A stretch of 64,000 bases of DNA from Nitrospirota bacterium (GTDB lineage Bacteria > Nitrospirota > Thermodesulfovibrionia > Thermodesulfovibrionales > Dissulfurispiraceae). The position numbers and the translations under genes were made by a program. Location of the stretch: positions 352,001 to 416,000 of the forward strand of contig CAWBMP010000005.1 of assembly GCA_963790025.1 (NCBI GenBank). The letters run 5' to 3'. Within the stretch, counting starts at the first letter, position 1. Each line of letters starts with the position of its first letter. The notes beneath the pieces were generated by a model. It saw only the letters and a program-made list of their open reading frames with translations, made no database searches and was not told the DNA's origin. This document shows positions 52,894 to 61,129 of the stretch, one piece after another.

Positions 52894-53694
52894 ATGGACG
52901 AACGGGTCACTATCCCCTCCTTGATGAAAAAGAAACAGGCGCAGCAGAAAATTTCGATTATAACTGCCTATGATTACCCTTTTGCTCAAATAGCCGATGA
53001 GGCAGGTGTTGATGCCATTTATGTCGGGGACTCTCTGGGAATTGTTGTACAGGGTCAGGACACTACGCTTCCCGTTACTATGGATGAGATGGTATACCAC
53101 ACCAGGATGGTCTCCAGGGCCGCAAAGAGAGCGATGATTATCGGCGATATGCCGTATCTGTCGTACCAGGTGAGTACAGAGGAAGCAGTGAGGAATGCAG
53201 GAAGATTTCTTAAGGAGGCGGGCGCCCAGGCAGTAAAGCTTGAGGGTGGCAGTGAAGTGGCCCGGACAGTTGAGGCACTGACAAAAATCGGGATCCCTGT
53301 TATGGCGCATATAGGGCTTACTCCACAGGCGATTTATCGTATGGGCGGCTACAGGGTCCAGGGCAGAACGGACGAAGAAGCGAAGAGATTGATTGAGGAT
53401 GCCGGGCTTCTTGAGAGTGCCGGCGCGTTCTCTATTACTCTTGAGGCAATTCCGGCAGCTCTGGCGCAACGGATAACCGGTATGCTTTCGATTCCTACCA
53501 TCGGTATCGGGGCAGGGCCATACTGTGACGGTCAGGTCCTTGTTATTCACGATGTGCTCGGTATGTTTGACCGCTTTGTGCCGAAGTTCGTAAAAAAATA
53601 TGCAAACCTTAAGTCCGACGCTATAGGCGCCGTCAAAAAATACAGGGAAGAGGTAGAAAAAGGAATTTTCCCCGGCCGTGAACATTCGTTCTAA
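52894..53694 (+). CDS. panB: 3-methyl-2-oxobutanoate hydroxymethyltransferase
   Basis: TAYD, VGDSLG, AVKLEGG, HIGLTPQ, IGIGAG. Confidence 0.98.
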   Translation: MDERVTIPSLMKKKQAQQKISIITAYDYPFAQIADEAGVDAIYVGDSLGIVVQGQDTTLPVTMDEMVYHTRMVSRAAKRAMIIGDMPYLSYQVSTEEAVRNAGRFLKEAGAQAVKLEGGSEVARTVEALTKIGIPVMAHIGLTPQAIYRMGGYRVQGRTDEEAKRLIEDAGLLESAGAFSITLEAIPAALAQRITGMLSIPTIGIGAGPYCDGQVLVIHDVLGMFDRFVPKFVKKYANLKSDAIGAVKKYREEVEKGIFPGREHSF

Positions 53695-53696
53695 AA

Positions 53697-53765
53697 AGTG
53701 TCAGTGGCAATGTCAGTGGCAGTAGAGGAATCCTTAAACTGACACTCATCACTTACACTTACACT
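53697..53765. repeat. Tandem-hexamer palindrome (AGTGTC/AGTGGC units)
   Basis: AGTGTC AGTGGC AATGTC AGTGGC ... ACTGAC ACTCATC ACTTAC ACTTAC ACT. Confidence 0.75.
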
Positions 53766-53781
53766 ATAAGGGGGGCCTGGA

Positions 53782-54201
53782 ATGGCAAGTAAGACGATTT
53801 TCGTTTGTGTCCAAAGAGATCTCACTCATCCGATCAGTTGGGCGCTCAGGGAGTTTGAGGGCAAACTGCTTGTTCGTTCTGTGGACAATCTCAAACAACT
53901 TGGAATGGTGTTGGCTGACGTTACGGAAGGATGCACTGTCATTCTCGATTCGATGATAGGGAATGAATCGACCATAGAGTTTGCAAAGAATGTTAAAAAA
54001 GAAAGACCATTGATTAAATTTATTCTTATTGTATCATCAGGCACCAAAAAGGAAGAGGTTGTGGCGCTGATACAGTCCAAGACGGTCAGTGGTGTGCTAA
54101 CGAGGCCTTTTAATGCCGAGCAGATTAGCGATTATATCCACAAGCTGTACGGTTTTCAAAAGAAGGGGGTTCCCTGGTACATGCAGACAGGCTTTAAATA
54201 G
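53782..54201 (+). CDS. Atypical stand-alone receiver (CheY-like) domain protein
   Basis: VILDSMIG, FILIVSS, VLTRPF pattern matches the receiver fold; acidic pocket absent. Confidence 0.6.
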   Translation: MASKTIFVCVQRDLTHPISWALREFEGKLLVRSVDNLKQLGMVLADVTEGCTVILDSMIGNESTIEFAKNVKKERPLIKFILIVSSGTKKEEVVALIQSKTVSGVLTRPFNAEQISDYIHKLYGFQKKGVPWYMQTGFK

Positions 54202-54231
54202 AGGATAAGCTTTTGTTGCCGATGGGATAAT

Positions 54232-54395
54232 TATAATGGAGACTTTAATTATCTCTGACTGGAGGTGCGGCAGTCTTCCACCGTAAACGCCTCGACGGGC
54301 ACGTTAACATCCAGTCTGTAAGCCTCAATCCCTAAGCCCTTTCGGCGACTATCAGGGGACTCGTTATCAAAGAGCCCGATCAGAGCAAGACCTTC
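54232..54395 (+). other. Structured non-coding stretch; possible orphan IS110-family non-coding end or small RNA
   Basis: TATAAT at 54232; GACTGGA/TCCAGTC stem with internal loop; CCCT/AGGG hairpin; CTCTGA/TCAGAG outer pairing. Confidence 0.4.
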
Positions 54396-54400
54396 TTTTC

Positions 54401-55177
54401 CTATGCAGTGGTATTAACTCCATTTGAACTCGTGGTTGCACCGTTTTGTCCTGATTGTCCGTTTAATGTTTCGAGAATATTCGTCAATTGGGATGCCTGG
54501 GTTGAATTTCCGCTTGATGCTTCAAGAAGTTGAACAAGTGAAGACACACTATTACTGTTGGTTCCGTTCCCGAACATTGCCGTCAATATACCGTTGTTTA
54601 CCGAACTTCCCTCTAATACGTTCAATAATTCATCGGAAACATCGTTCGCGGTGGAGTTGGTAACTGTAGTTGTTGGAGTAGCACTTGAGGTCCCTGCTGT
54701 CGTTGCACCAGAGTTTGTTGTGTCTTCCGCGTCTGAGTTACCTCCTTCGTGGTGGTGGTGATGATGTCCGTGTCCTTTCATTGCAGACATATCACTTTCA
54801 ACCTGGTTCAATGCATTACCAACTGCATTCTGTGAAGAAGTTCCAGCAGTAGACGTTCCCTGACTTGTCGTTGTACTTGATGTGGCTGATGTCAAGGCAC
54901 TTACAAGAGCCTGAACATCGTTTTGAAAATTCTGCATATTGCTGCTGGTGCTCGCACTATTAGTCGACTCTCCTTGCTCTGTACCAGACATGTCACTGAG
55001 CAACTGCGTTGCAGACGCCGACAACGCCTGTTCCGATAGGGTCACCTGGTCTTGGTTTCCAGAATTCATCGCACTCTGAAGAGATTGCAAATCATTCTTG
55101 AAGTTATTGAAGTCGGATCTCATTGAATTTTGGGTATTTTGTGTCTGATAGTCACTACCGATTGGTGAAATTGTCAT
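54401..55177 (-). CDS. Ser/Thr/Asn/Gln-rich poly-His hypothetical protein (paralog 1)
   Basis: 258-aa ORF, AGGGGG RBS, conserved blocks shared with 55513..56211. Confidence 0.85.
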   Translation of the reverse strand: MTISPIGSDYQTQNTQNSMRSDFNNFKNDLQSLQSAMNSGNQDQVTLSEQALSASATQLLSDMSGTEQGESTNSASTSSNMQNFQNDVQALVSALTSATSSTTTSQGTSTAGTSSQNAVGNALNQVESDMSAMKGHGHHHHHHEGGNSDAEDTTNSGATTAGTSSATPTTTVTNSTANDVSDELLNVLEGSSVNNGILTAMFGNGTNSNSVSSLVQLLEASSGNSTQASQLTNILETLNGQSGQNGATTSSNGVNTTA

Positions 55178-55217
55178 TTGCCACCCCCTTGTGGAGAAGT
55201 TCTCCTCGTCTTTACTG

Positions 55218-55244
55218 TTATCGTTACTTTTATAAAAAACTTGA
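55218..55244 (-). promoter_or_regulatory. Sigma28 (FliA)-type promoter
   Basis: Minus strand TCAAGTTT-N11-AACGATAA vs consensus TAAAGTTT-N11-GCCGATAA. Confidence 0.65.
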
Positions 55245-55462
55245 ATGTGGATTATAATTTAAGCAGATATTTTGTGTATAGTATTGCTGGACAATTAAAT
55301 ACTCATGAGCACAAGTGACGGCGAGAATGTGTTGCAAAGAATACCGGAGTCTGAAGAAAAAGCTTCCATCCACGCATTCAGAGCAACTCTTTGACAAGGG
55401 CACTTTATTATCTTAAAAGTTGCCTACCGCATATTTTTGAAAATTAACTTTTTATTTAATAA

Positions 55463-55490
55463 TGAGAAAGAGTTCCCCTTCTCTTTCTCA
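55463..55490 (-). terminator. Hairpin downstream of paralog 2
   Basis: TGAGAAAGAG / CTCTTTCTCA 10-bp stem, AT-rich flank. Confidence 0.55.
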
Positions 55491-55512
55491 CTTTTCGAAA
55501 TAATTCAAATCC

Positions 55513-56211
55513 CTACAGTGTTGAATTAACAGTTCCGTCGTTGTTTTGAGACTGCTCTTCTTCAACGTCTGAAACCAGAGAAGAAGCAGTAGTACTGGAC
55601 AGTCCACCAAGCATTGACATCAAGGAAGAAATAGTGATGCTATTGCCGGAGTTGCCGGTTGTATTGGAGCCATTTGCCGAAACAATACTGCCGCTGTTTT
55701 GAGACAGTGAGCTAAGCATCGACATCAAGGATGAAACGGTGTTGCTAATGTCGGAGTTGTATGTTGTATTGGAGCCGTTCGTTGAAACAGAGGCTTTCGC
55801 ATTGTTATGGTGATGATGGTGACCATGCCCTTTCATGCCGGAGAGATCACTTTCGACTTGGCTCAAGGCGCCCGATACTGAACTCTGCGACGCAGTGCCC
55901 GAACTCTGACTCGCTGATGTCAACGCACTCTGAAGGACCTGCAGATCATTTTGAAGATTCTGCATATTGTTGTTTCCCGAATTCTGCCCCTGATTAGTGT
56001 TACCGGATGCCTGTCCTTGGGTGTTGTTTGACAAGTCACTTTGTATTTGACTCAACGACTGGGATAAGGCATTTTCCGATATCGTAACCTGGTCCTGGTC
56101 TCCTGAATTCAACGCAGTCTGAAGAGCTTTCACATTTCTGCGAAAAGTCTGAAAGGAGCTCCTTGCAGAGTTTTGATTCTGATTGTTGCTGTCTAAAGGT
56201 TGTATTGACAT
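55513..56211 (-). CDS. Ser/Thr/Asn/Gln-rich poly-His hypothetical protein (paralog 2)
   Basis: 232-aa ORF, AAGGAGG RBS, conserved blocks shared with 54401..55177. Confidence 0.85.
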   Translation of the reverse strand: MSIQPLDSNNQNQNSARSSFQTFRRNVKALQTALNSGDQDQVTISENALSQSLSQIQSDLSNNTQGQASGNTNQGQNSGNNNMQNLQNDLQVLQSALTSASQSSGTASQSSVSGALSQVESDLSGMKGHGHHHHHNNAKASVSTNGSNTTYNSDISNTVSSLMSMLSSLSQNSGSIVSANGSNTTGNSGNSITISSLMSMLGGLSSTTASSLVSDVEEEQSQNNDGTVNSTL

Positions 56212-56264
56212 TCTTCTTAACCTCCTTTCTTATAAAGATAACAAAAGATGACATGAAACAGAAG

Positions 56265-56279
56265 GCAATTTGCATGCCA
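56265..56279 (-). promoter_or_regulatory. Sigma54 (-24/-12) promoter
   Basis: Minus strand TGGCATG-CAAA-TTGC, exact spacing of TGGCACG-N4-TTGC. Confidence 0.8.
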
Positions 56280-56586
56280 AATAGTTGATAAGACAACAAA
56301 ATGTATGATTTTGATGGTATGATGCAACTGCACTCTGCCTAATTATCGGCAGACATAAAGATTCTTAACTTGGTAAAAAGCTATCGGTAACTATGACATT
56401 TGTTAAAACATGAGATTGTTTCTTATGATTGCTGATTCTTAACCGGGCAACATTTTACCTTTAATTGATTCCAACAGGGAAAAAATTTCCTGCACCCCGG
56501 CAGAGGAATTGCAGTATAATTCCATAAAATCCAAAAATTGTTTTGATTCATTGTAACCTTCTGATTATCCTGCTCGACTTAAAATA

Positions 56587-56739
56587 GATGAGTTTGCTTA
56601 TGCAGACAGTTGGCTGCTCAGCAGATTGGGGAATCTCCTCAGGAGACGGCGAAGCGGAATACTGCCACCACCGCTGCCATCGGATTTCGGTGCCGAGCCT
56701 TCTACTTATTACCCGGCTCTGCCGCCGCCGCCGCAATAA
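56587..56739 (+). pseudogene. Decayed fragment of a probable glycine-zipper family lipoprotein gene
   Basis: CRQLAAQQIGESPQETAKRNTATTAAIG in one frame joined to a YYPALPPPPQ* tail in another; no start codon. Confidence 0.45.
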
Positions 56740-56835
56740 CTATAAGTTGGACGAAATGTGTTTGTTGATCGTTGAATGATCACAAGGGGACCTGGCAACA
56801 CGAGTTAGAAAATATGAACCGGGACGTGGTTTCCA

Positions 56836-57525
56836 TTGAACAAAATCGAAATAGTTCAAAGAATAATTGATAGGAAAAAAGCCCGCACATACCTGGAAAT
56901 AGGGGTATATCAAGGAGATAATTTTTTCCCAATCAAAGCAAAACGAAAAATTGCAGTTGACCCAAAATTCGGGTTCTCAAGAAAATACAGAATAAAGTGG
57001 ATTCTAAAAAATGTACATAATTTTAAAGCAAAGTACTACGAGTTCAGTAGCGATGGCTTCTTTTCATCTATTAGCTCAATTGATCGTTTCGACGTGGTGT
57101 TTATTGATGGGTTGCATACTTACCGGCAATCATTGAGAGACACCATTAACTCCTTGGGCAACCTAAATGAAAATGGCATAATTGTTTTGCATGATTGCAA
57201 TCCACCAAATCAGGTAGCAGCGTATCCGGCAGAGTCCCTTGACGCTGCTGCTGCCTTGAAGTTACCTGGATGGAATGGAGAGTGGTGTGGAGAGGTATGG
57301 AAGACTATCTGCTACTTAAGAAGTCAGATGAGGGATTTGCGAGTATTTGTGTTAGATTGCGATTTTGGATTAGGAATGGTGATGAAAGGAGCGCCTGATA
57401 ATTTGCTGAACTTGAGTGAAGAGGTATTGAACAAAATGACTTATGAAGATTTATTGAGAGAAAGAAGAGACCTTCTTAACTTAAAAGATGAAAGCTACCT
57501 GTTCGAATTTTTGGAGACGATCTGA
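56836..57525 (+). CDS. Class I SAM-dependent methyltransferase (Methyltransf_24-like)
   Basis: YLEIGV, AVDP, FDVVFIDGLH, IVLHDCNP; AT-rich, TTG start. Confidence 0.85.
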   Translation: MNKIEIVQRIIDRKKARTYLEIGVYQGDNFFPIKAKRKIAVDPKFGFSRKYRIKWILKNVHNFKAKYYEFSSDGFFSSISSIDRFDVVFIDGLHTYRQSLRDTINSLGNLNENGIIVLHDCNPPNQVAAYPAESLDAAAALKLPGWNGEWCGEVWKTICYLRSQMRDLRVFVLDCDFGLGMVMKGAPDNLLNLSEEVLNKMTYEDLLRERRDLLNLKDESYLFEFLETI

Positions 57526-57567
57526 TCAAAAACAGGTGAAAGCAGCATCAGGCCTGTCCTCCGGGTA

Positions 57568-58647
57568 TCAAGGCTGAAACGACTCCTTAAGCGCCGCATT
57601 CATGATCTCTCCATTGCACGTATTCAGGGCGCTTCTCAGCTCGGGATCCTCTGTGATCGCTGCCTCGACGCCCCTGTCCGCAAGGGTAGTTATGTAGGGC
57701 AGTGTTGCATTGGTCAGGGCAAGTGTGGATGTGCGGGGATATGCCCCCGGCATGTTGGCAACGGCATAGTGGATTATCCCTTCTACACTGTAGACAGGGT
57801 TGTCGTGTGTAGTAGGCTTTGATGTTTCTACGCATCCTCCCTGGTCAACGGATACGTCGATGATAACAGAACCCCTCTTTATGGTCTTCAGCATTTCTTT
57901 TGTAATGAGAAGTGGTGTTCTGCTGCCCGCAATCAGGACCGCTCCGATGATTATGTCGGCTTGCCTGATTTCTTCCTGAACAGTGTAATGGTCGAGAGGC
58001 AAGGTCTTGACGTCTCCCATAAAGATTTCATCAATATGCTGCAACCTGTCTTCCCTCCTATCCATGACCACGGAGTCAATGCCGAGGCCGTGAGCCACAC
58101 GGGCGGCATTAGTGCCAACGACGCCAGCGCCCAAAATTAGCGCTTTTGCTGGTCTGACCCCAGGGACGCCTGCAGGCAGTATGCCGCTCCCTCCGAAAAT
58201 TTTCTGGAGGTAATACGCAGCCATCAGAGGCGCCATCCTCCCTGCAATCTCGCTCATTGGAGCAAGCAGGGGAAGAGCATTGCCTTTTTGCAGCGTTTCG
58301 TAGCCAAAGGATGTAACTTTTTTATGGAGCAGCATCCTGGTGAGGTCGTTGTTGGGTGCAAGGTGCAGAAATGTGAATACGGCTTGTCTCTTACGGATAA
58401 GCCCGAATTCAACCGGCAGGGGTTCTTTGACTTTAACGATCAACTCCGTTTCTTTAAAAAGCGCTTCCCTGTTGGCAATGCGGCCGCCGGCGGCGAGGTA
58501 TTCGGCATCGGGAAAGCCGCTGCCTTCTCCCGCACCTGTTTCAACGTATACGCTGTGACCGTGTCTCTTAAGTTCGGCAACACCAATAGGGGTGATGCTG
58601 ACCCTGTACTCTTCTTTCTTGACTTCCCTCGGCACTCCTATAATCAT
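57568..58647 (-). CDS. ald: Alanine dehydrogenase
   Basis: IGVPREVK, KVKEP, LLAPMSEIAGR, VANMPGAYPRTST. Confidence 0.97.
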   Translation of the reverse strand: MIIGVPREVKKEEYRVSITPIGVAELKRHGHSVYVETGAGEGSGFPDAEYLAAGGRIANREALFKETELIVKVKEPLPVEFGLIRKRQAVFTFLHLAPNNDLTRMLLHKKVTSFGYETLQKGNALPLLAPMSEIAGRMAPLMAAYYLQKIFGGSGILPAGVPGVRPAKALILGAGVVGTNAARVAHGLGIDSVVMDRREDRLQHIDEIFMGDVKTLPLDHYTVQEEIRQADIIIGAVLIAGSRTPLLITKEMLKTIKRGSVIIDVSVDQGGCVETSKPTTHDNPVYSVEGIIHYAVANMPGAYPRTSTLALTNATLPYITTLADRGVEAAITEDPELRSALNTCNGEIMNAALKESFQP

Positions 58648-58789
58648 CGCAGGCTCCCCTGTCAGATTTACATCACATATTAGCATAAATTGACTACTAC
58701 CGGCTTGTTGGCATACGTTCTCATTTTATTTTGCGGGTCCCTGCTTTTAGTGATATAATATGCCGATTGAACGGAAAGGATGACCTCCC

Positions 58790-60343
58790 ATGAAAGTTGT
58801 TACTGCTGCTGAGATGAGAGAAATAGATAGGCTCACCATTGAAGACTGCGGTATACCCGGTCTTGTGCTGATGGAGAGGGCGGGTCTCGCTGTAGCGTCC
58901 CGGGTAAGGGAGCTTTATCGGTCAACAAAGGCGGTTGTACTTTGCGGCGGAGGCAACAACGGCGGCGATGGTCTGGTCGCCGCTCGGGAACTTTTTAATC
59001 GGGGTTTTAAGGTGAAGGTTGTTATGCTGGCAAAGAAGGAGGCGCTCAGCGCCGACTGTGCTTTACAGTACCGGATTTCAAAAAAAATCGGGGTGCCGAT
59101 TGAGTTCCGCAATTCACTGGATGCAAAAGATATCCATGGCGCGGTGGTCATTGATGCGGTATTCGGCACAGGTCTTGCCCGTCCGGTTAAAGGCGAAATT
59201 GCAGCGCTGTTCTCTTTCCTGAATACTGCAGACATACCGGTGATTGCTGTTGATATGCCATCAGGGATCTCATCGGATACAGGTGAAATTTTGGGCGAGG
59301 CTGTCATGGCTGACTGCACAGTCACTTTCGGTTTGCCCAAAAGAGGGCACTTTCTCTATCCAGGTGCTGAACATACGGGCAAGCTATATATAGAGGATAT
59401 CGGATTTCCAAGCCGTCTTATCGAATCTGACTCTATTAAGGTTTCGTTGTCCGACAGGGAAACTGCTTCCGGACTTCTTTCTTCAAGGCCTGGAAATTCT
59501 TTCAAGGGAGATTACGGTCATGTGCTGGTAGTTGCCGGCTCAAGGGGCAAGACAGGCGCTGCGCTGATGTCCTCTCAAGCAGCAATGAGGAGCGGTTCAG
59601 GGCTTGTTACAATCGGCATTCCTGAATCACTGGTGGCCAGCCTCCAGGGCAGGATAACAGAAGAGATGCTCCTGCCGCTCCCTGACGACGGCAGCGGCAT
59701 GATGTCCTCTAAAGCTCTGGACCGCATACTTGAATTTGCGTCTAAAAAAATCGATGTCATTGCCGTAGGCCCCGGTATTGGTGTATCACCAGCTACGAAA
59801 AAGATCGTAAAAGAGCTGGTGCTGAGGTCCGCTATCCCTATTGTGGTGGACGCTGACGGACTGAACTCTATAAGCGCATCAGGGGGGGATGCCCAGGGGG
59901 TAAAGAAGCTCTTACAGAGGGCAAAAGCTCCCATCATACTTACGCCGCATCCGGGTGAAATGGCGCGGCTTATTCATCAGCCGAAGGTTACGGAGCGGAT
60001 CGGCGTTCCCCTGTCTTTTGCCGGAGAAGCAGGTATTTATCTTGTATTGAAGGGAGTCCCCACAGTAACAGCAATGCCTGAAGGAGATGTATTCATCAAC
60101 ACGACGGGGAACCCAGGCATGGCCACAGCTGGGGCCGGCGATGTCCTTACAGGGATTATCTCGTCCCTGCTCGGACAGGGTATGAATCCGGCAGATGCGT
60201 CTATGCTCGGCGTCTTCATCCATGGCATGGCCGGGGACAAGGCGGCGGCAAAGGTGGGAGAATACTCGCTCATCGCGTCTGATCTCATCAATGCGCTCCC
60301 CGATACCTTTATGGAATTGCAAGGCATGAAAGATAGTGATTAA
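58790..60343 (+). CDS. nnr: Bifunctional NAD(P)H-hydrate epimerase/dehydratase
   Basis: GGGNNGGDG, VDMPSG, KGDYGH, TPHPGE, AGAGDVL. Confidence 0.96.
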   Translation: MKVVTAAEMREIDRLTIEDCGIPGLVLMERAGLAVASRVRELYRSTKAVVLCGGGNNGGDGLVAARELFNRGFKVKVVMLAKKEALSADCALQYRISKKIGVPIEFRNSLDAKDIHGAVVIDAVFGTGLARPVKGEIAALFSFLNTADIPVIAVDMPSGISSDTGEILGEAVMADCTVTFGLPKRGHFLYPGAEHTGKLYIEDIGFPSRLIESDSIKVSLSDRETASGLLSSRPGNSFKGDYGHVLVVAGSRGKTGAALMSSQAAMRSGSGLVTIGIPESLVASLQGRITEEMLLPLPDDGSGMMSSKALDRILEFASKKIDVIAVGPGIGVSPATKKIVKELVLRSAIPIVVDADGLNSISASGGDAQGVKKLLQRAKAPIILTPHPGEMARLIHQPKVTERIGVPLSFAGEAGIYLVLKGVPTVTAMPEGDVFINTTGNPGMATAGAGDVLTGIISSLLGQGMNPADASMLGVFIHGMAGDKAAAKVGEYSLIASDLINALPDTFMELQGMKDSD

Positions 60344-60357
60344 GGATCGTTCCTGAA

Positions 60358-61044
60358 GTGCGTGATACCGTCGTTATTCCACCTGTCTTCCATGGGCAGC
60401 ATGTTAAGGCGTTTTTTACTACTAAGGCATTGAGCTGTGATGTGCATGAGCTTGCAAGGTTTCTCGCTGTCCCTTCTGAGAATATCTACATGCCGATCCA
60501 GAAACATACTGACAAAGTTGTGGTCCTGGATTATGAGCGTGGACCCAAAGTCGGCGATGCGGTTATAACTCAAAACCGTGACATTTTCATTGGCGTGCAG
60601 GTGGCGGACTGCGTGCCTGTTCTTTTATTTGATAAAAAACGGCATGTGGCAGGGGCTGTTCATGCCGGATGGCGCGGGACCGCTGCTTCAATAGTGACAA
60701 AAACAATCGAAACGATGTCCGAGCGTTTCTTCACAAACCCGGCGGATATTATCATGGCTATAGGCCCCGGAATACGAGGCTGCTGTTACGAGGTGGGACC
60801 TGAAGTCATGGAGGCGGTAACGAGAGCGAGCGGAGAAGGGGACTATCGCAGTATCAAACGAGGGAAATACTGTCTTGATCTGGCCAGGGCCAACAGGCAG
60901 CAGGCCGTCTCCTCAGGCGTGACCCCTGAACAAATATGGCTCTCCGGTGAATGCACATTTTGTCTGCCGGAAAAATACTACTCATTCCGTTTTGCGAATG
61001 GGACTACAGGACGTCAGTGCGGCGTTATCGGAATTGTTTTATAA
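60358..61044 (+). CDS. pgeF: Peptidoglycan editing factor / YfiH-family protein
   Basis: QKHT, VADCVPV, HAGWRG, IGPGI..CCYEVG. Confidence 0.92.
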   Translation: MRDTVVIPPVFHGQHVKAFFTTKALSCDVHELARFLAVPSENIYMPIQKHTDKVVVLDYERGPKVGDAVITQNRDIFIGVQVADCVPVLLFDKKRHVAGAVHAGWRGTAASIVTKTIETMSERFFTNPADIIMAIGPGIRGCCYEVGPEVMEAVTRASGEGDYRSIKRGKYCLDLARANRQQAVSSGVTPEQIWLSGECTFCLPEKYYSFRFANGTTGRQCGVIGIVL

Positions 61045-61057
61045 TACAGGCAATAGG

Positions 61058-61110
61058 AAAAGTAAGAAGTGCTCCTCACTTTTTTTACTTTTTACTTTTG
61101 ACTTTTTACT
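61058..61110. repeat. Tandem-heptamer palindrome (GTAAAAA-type units)
   Basis: AAAAGTAAGAAGTG ... CACTTTTTTTACTTTTTACTTTTGACTTTTTACT. Confidence 0.7.
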
Positions 61111-61129
61111 CGTGTTTAAAGGAGAGAGA

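Noticed and set aside
54253..54390. 6S RNA, tmRNA, SRP RNA, c-di-GMP riboswitch or hammerhead ribozyme
   Set aside because: Diagnostic features are missing: no long 6S rod, tRNA-like ends, SRP loop or CUGANGA core (CUGAUAG only).
55305..55410. TTGACA at 55391 as an IS110 right end enclosing paralog 1 as cargo; also a 29-codon ORF
   Set aside because: A single hexamer with no definable core or junction; the short ORF has no RBS or motif.
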